This document shows positions 8,094 through 8,637 of a DNA stretch of 8,637 nt, piece by piece. Origin of the DNA: Octopus sinensis (Eukaryota). The notes under the pieces were generated by a model. It had not been told where the DNA came from and did not search any database. It saw only the letters and a list, made by a program, of their open reading frames with translations. The position numbers and the translations under genes were made by a program. The stretch lies in contig NW_021828319.1 of assembly GCF_006345805.1 (NCBI RefSeq), forward strand, positions 1-8,637, written 5' to 3'. The first letter of the stretch is position 1, and every line of letters begins with the position of its first letter.

Positions 8094-8240
8094 CTAATGC
8101 ACAAATAAGATGGAGGTGTTATTTTCGTTGATTACAAAATTTCAAAGCAATATTAGATATTAAACTCAACAGATTTCTTTTCTGATACAAAACCCAGCCA
8201 ATAGTGAACATTGTACAGAAGCTCACAAAAGAAAATTCAT

Positions 8241-8266
8241 AAACAAAACAAAACAAAACAAAACAA
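8241..8266. repeat. (AAAAC)n pentanucleotide repeat
   Basis: About five units seen directly. Confidence 0.9.
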
Positions 8267-8311
8267 TTGAGTATTCGAACTGAAGTGCGTAAACATATGT
8301 CTGTGTTTGTA

Positions 8312-8440
8312 TGTATACCTGTGTGTGCGTGTGTGCCTCTCTGTGTATATATATATATACATGTATGTGTGTGTGCTGTAGTTATAGATGGGTAGGGAGG
8401 AACATGGCGGTCATTTTGTGTGTATTTGTGTGTGTGTATA

Positions 8441-8511
<71 letters not shown>
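8312..8511. repeat. Mixed (TG)n and (TA)n microsatellites
   Basis: (TA)n about 8440-8476 and perfect (TG)n about 8477-8510. Confidence 0.92.
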
Positions 8512-8514
<3 letters not shown>

Positions 8515-8637
8515 ATTTCTTTCAAATATAATTTTCTTTAATTTGGTGCCTTTTTTTCTCAAGAACAACAGTATGGCAGCATGTTTTGATGTTTTAGACA
8601 TCAAAAGTGTCACAGAAACAATTTTATTTATTGATTA

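Noticed and set aside
438-8613. Remaining track ORFs (YVCM, HTYI, IYIY, poly-Ile/Tyr/Val/Met)
   Set aside because: Translations of microsatellites or short AT-rich chance ORFs, with no recognisable domain apart from the mariner tail.
1-8637. CRISPR arrays, prokaryotic operons, complete tRNA/rRNA genes
   Set aside because: None seen; repeats are simple-sequence without unique spacers and the DNA is eukaryotic in character.

Overview
Eukaryotic, AT-rich, essentially non-coding DNA (large intron or intergenic) saturated with di-, tri- and tetranucleotide microsatellites. The style strongly suggests a coleoid cephalopod such as Octopus, but this is inference. No ORF in the supplied track is a credible gene: nearly all are translations of microsatellites, and several begin at TTG/GTG. 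Two elements are well supported. One is a 217-bp internally deleted mariner (1369-1585) with 24-bp TIRs, TA target duplication and the last codons of the transposase. The other is a 513-bp non-autonomous Helitron (3098-3610) with 5'-TC, a 3' hairpin plus CTAG, and an A|T target. A ~1.9-kb compound triplet low-complexity tract (4129-6000) contains a perfect 158-bp tandem duplication. Weaker, checkable signals: a candidate recursive splice site with a 63-nt stop-containing exon (392-454, minus), a decayed Penelope-type minimal hammerhead ribozyme core (7144-7180) plus a possible second on the opposite strand, an 18-nt microexon candidate (8076-8093, minus), a tRNA-like A/B-box motif (2124-2177) and an STPR-like remnant inside the Helitron. 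The orientation and even existence of a host gene are unresolved.
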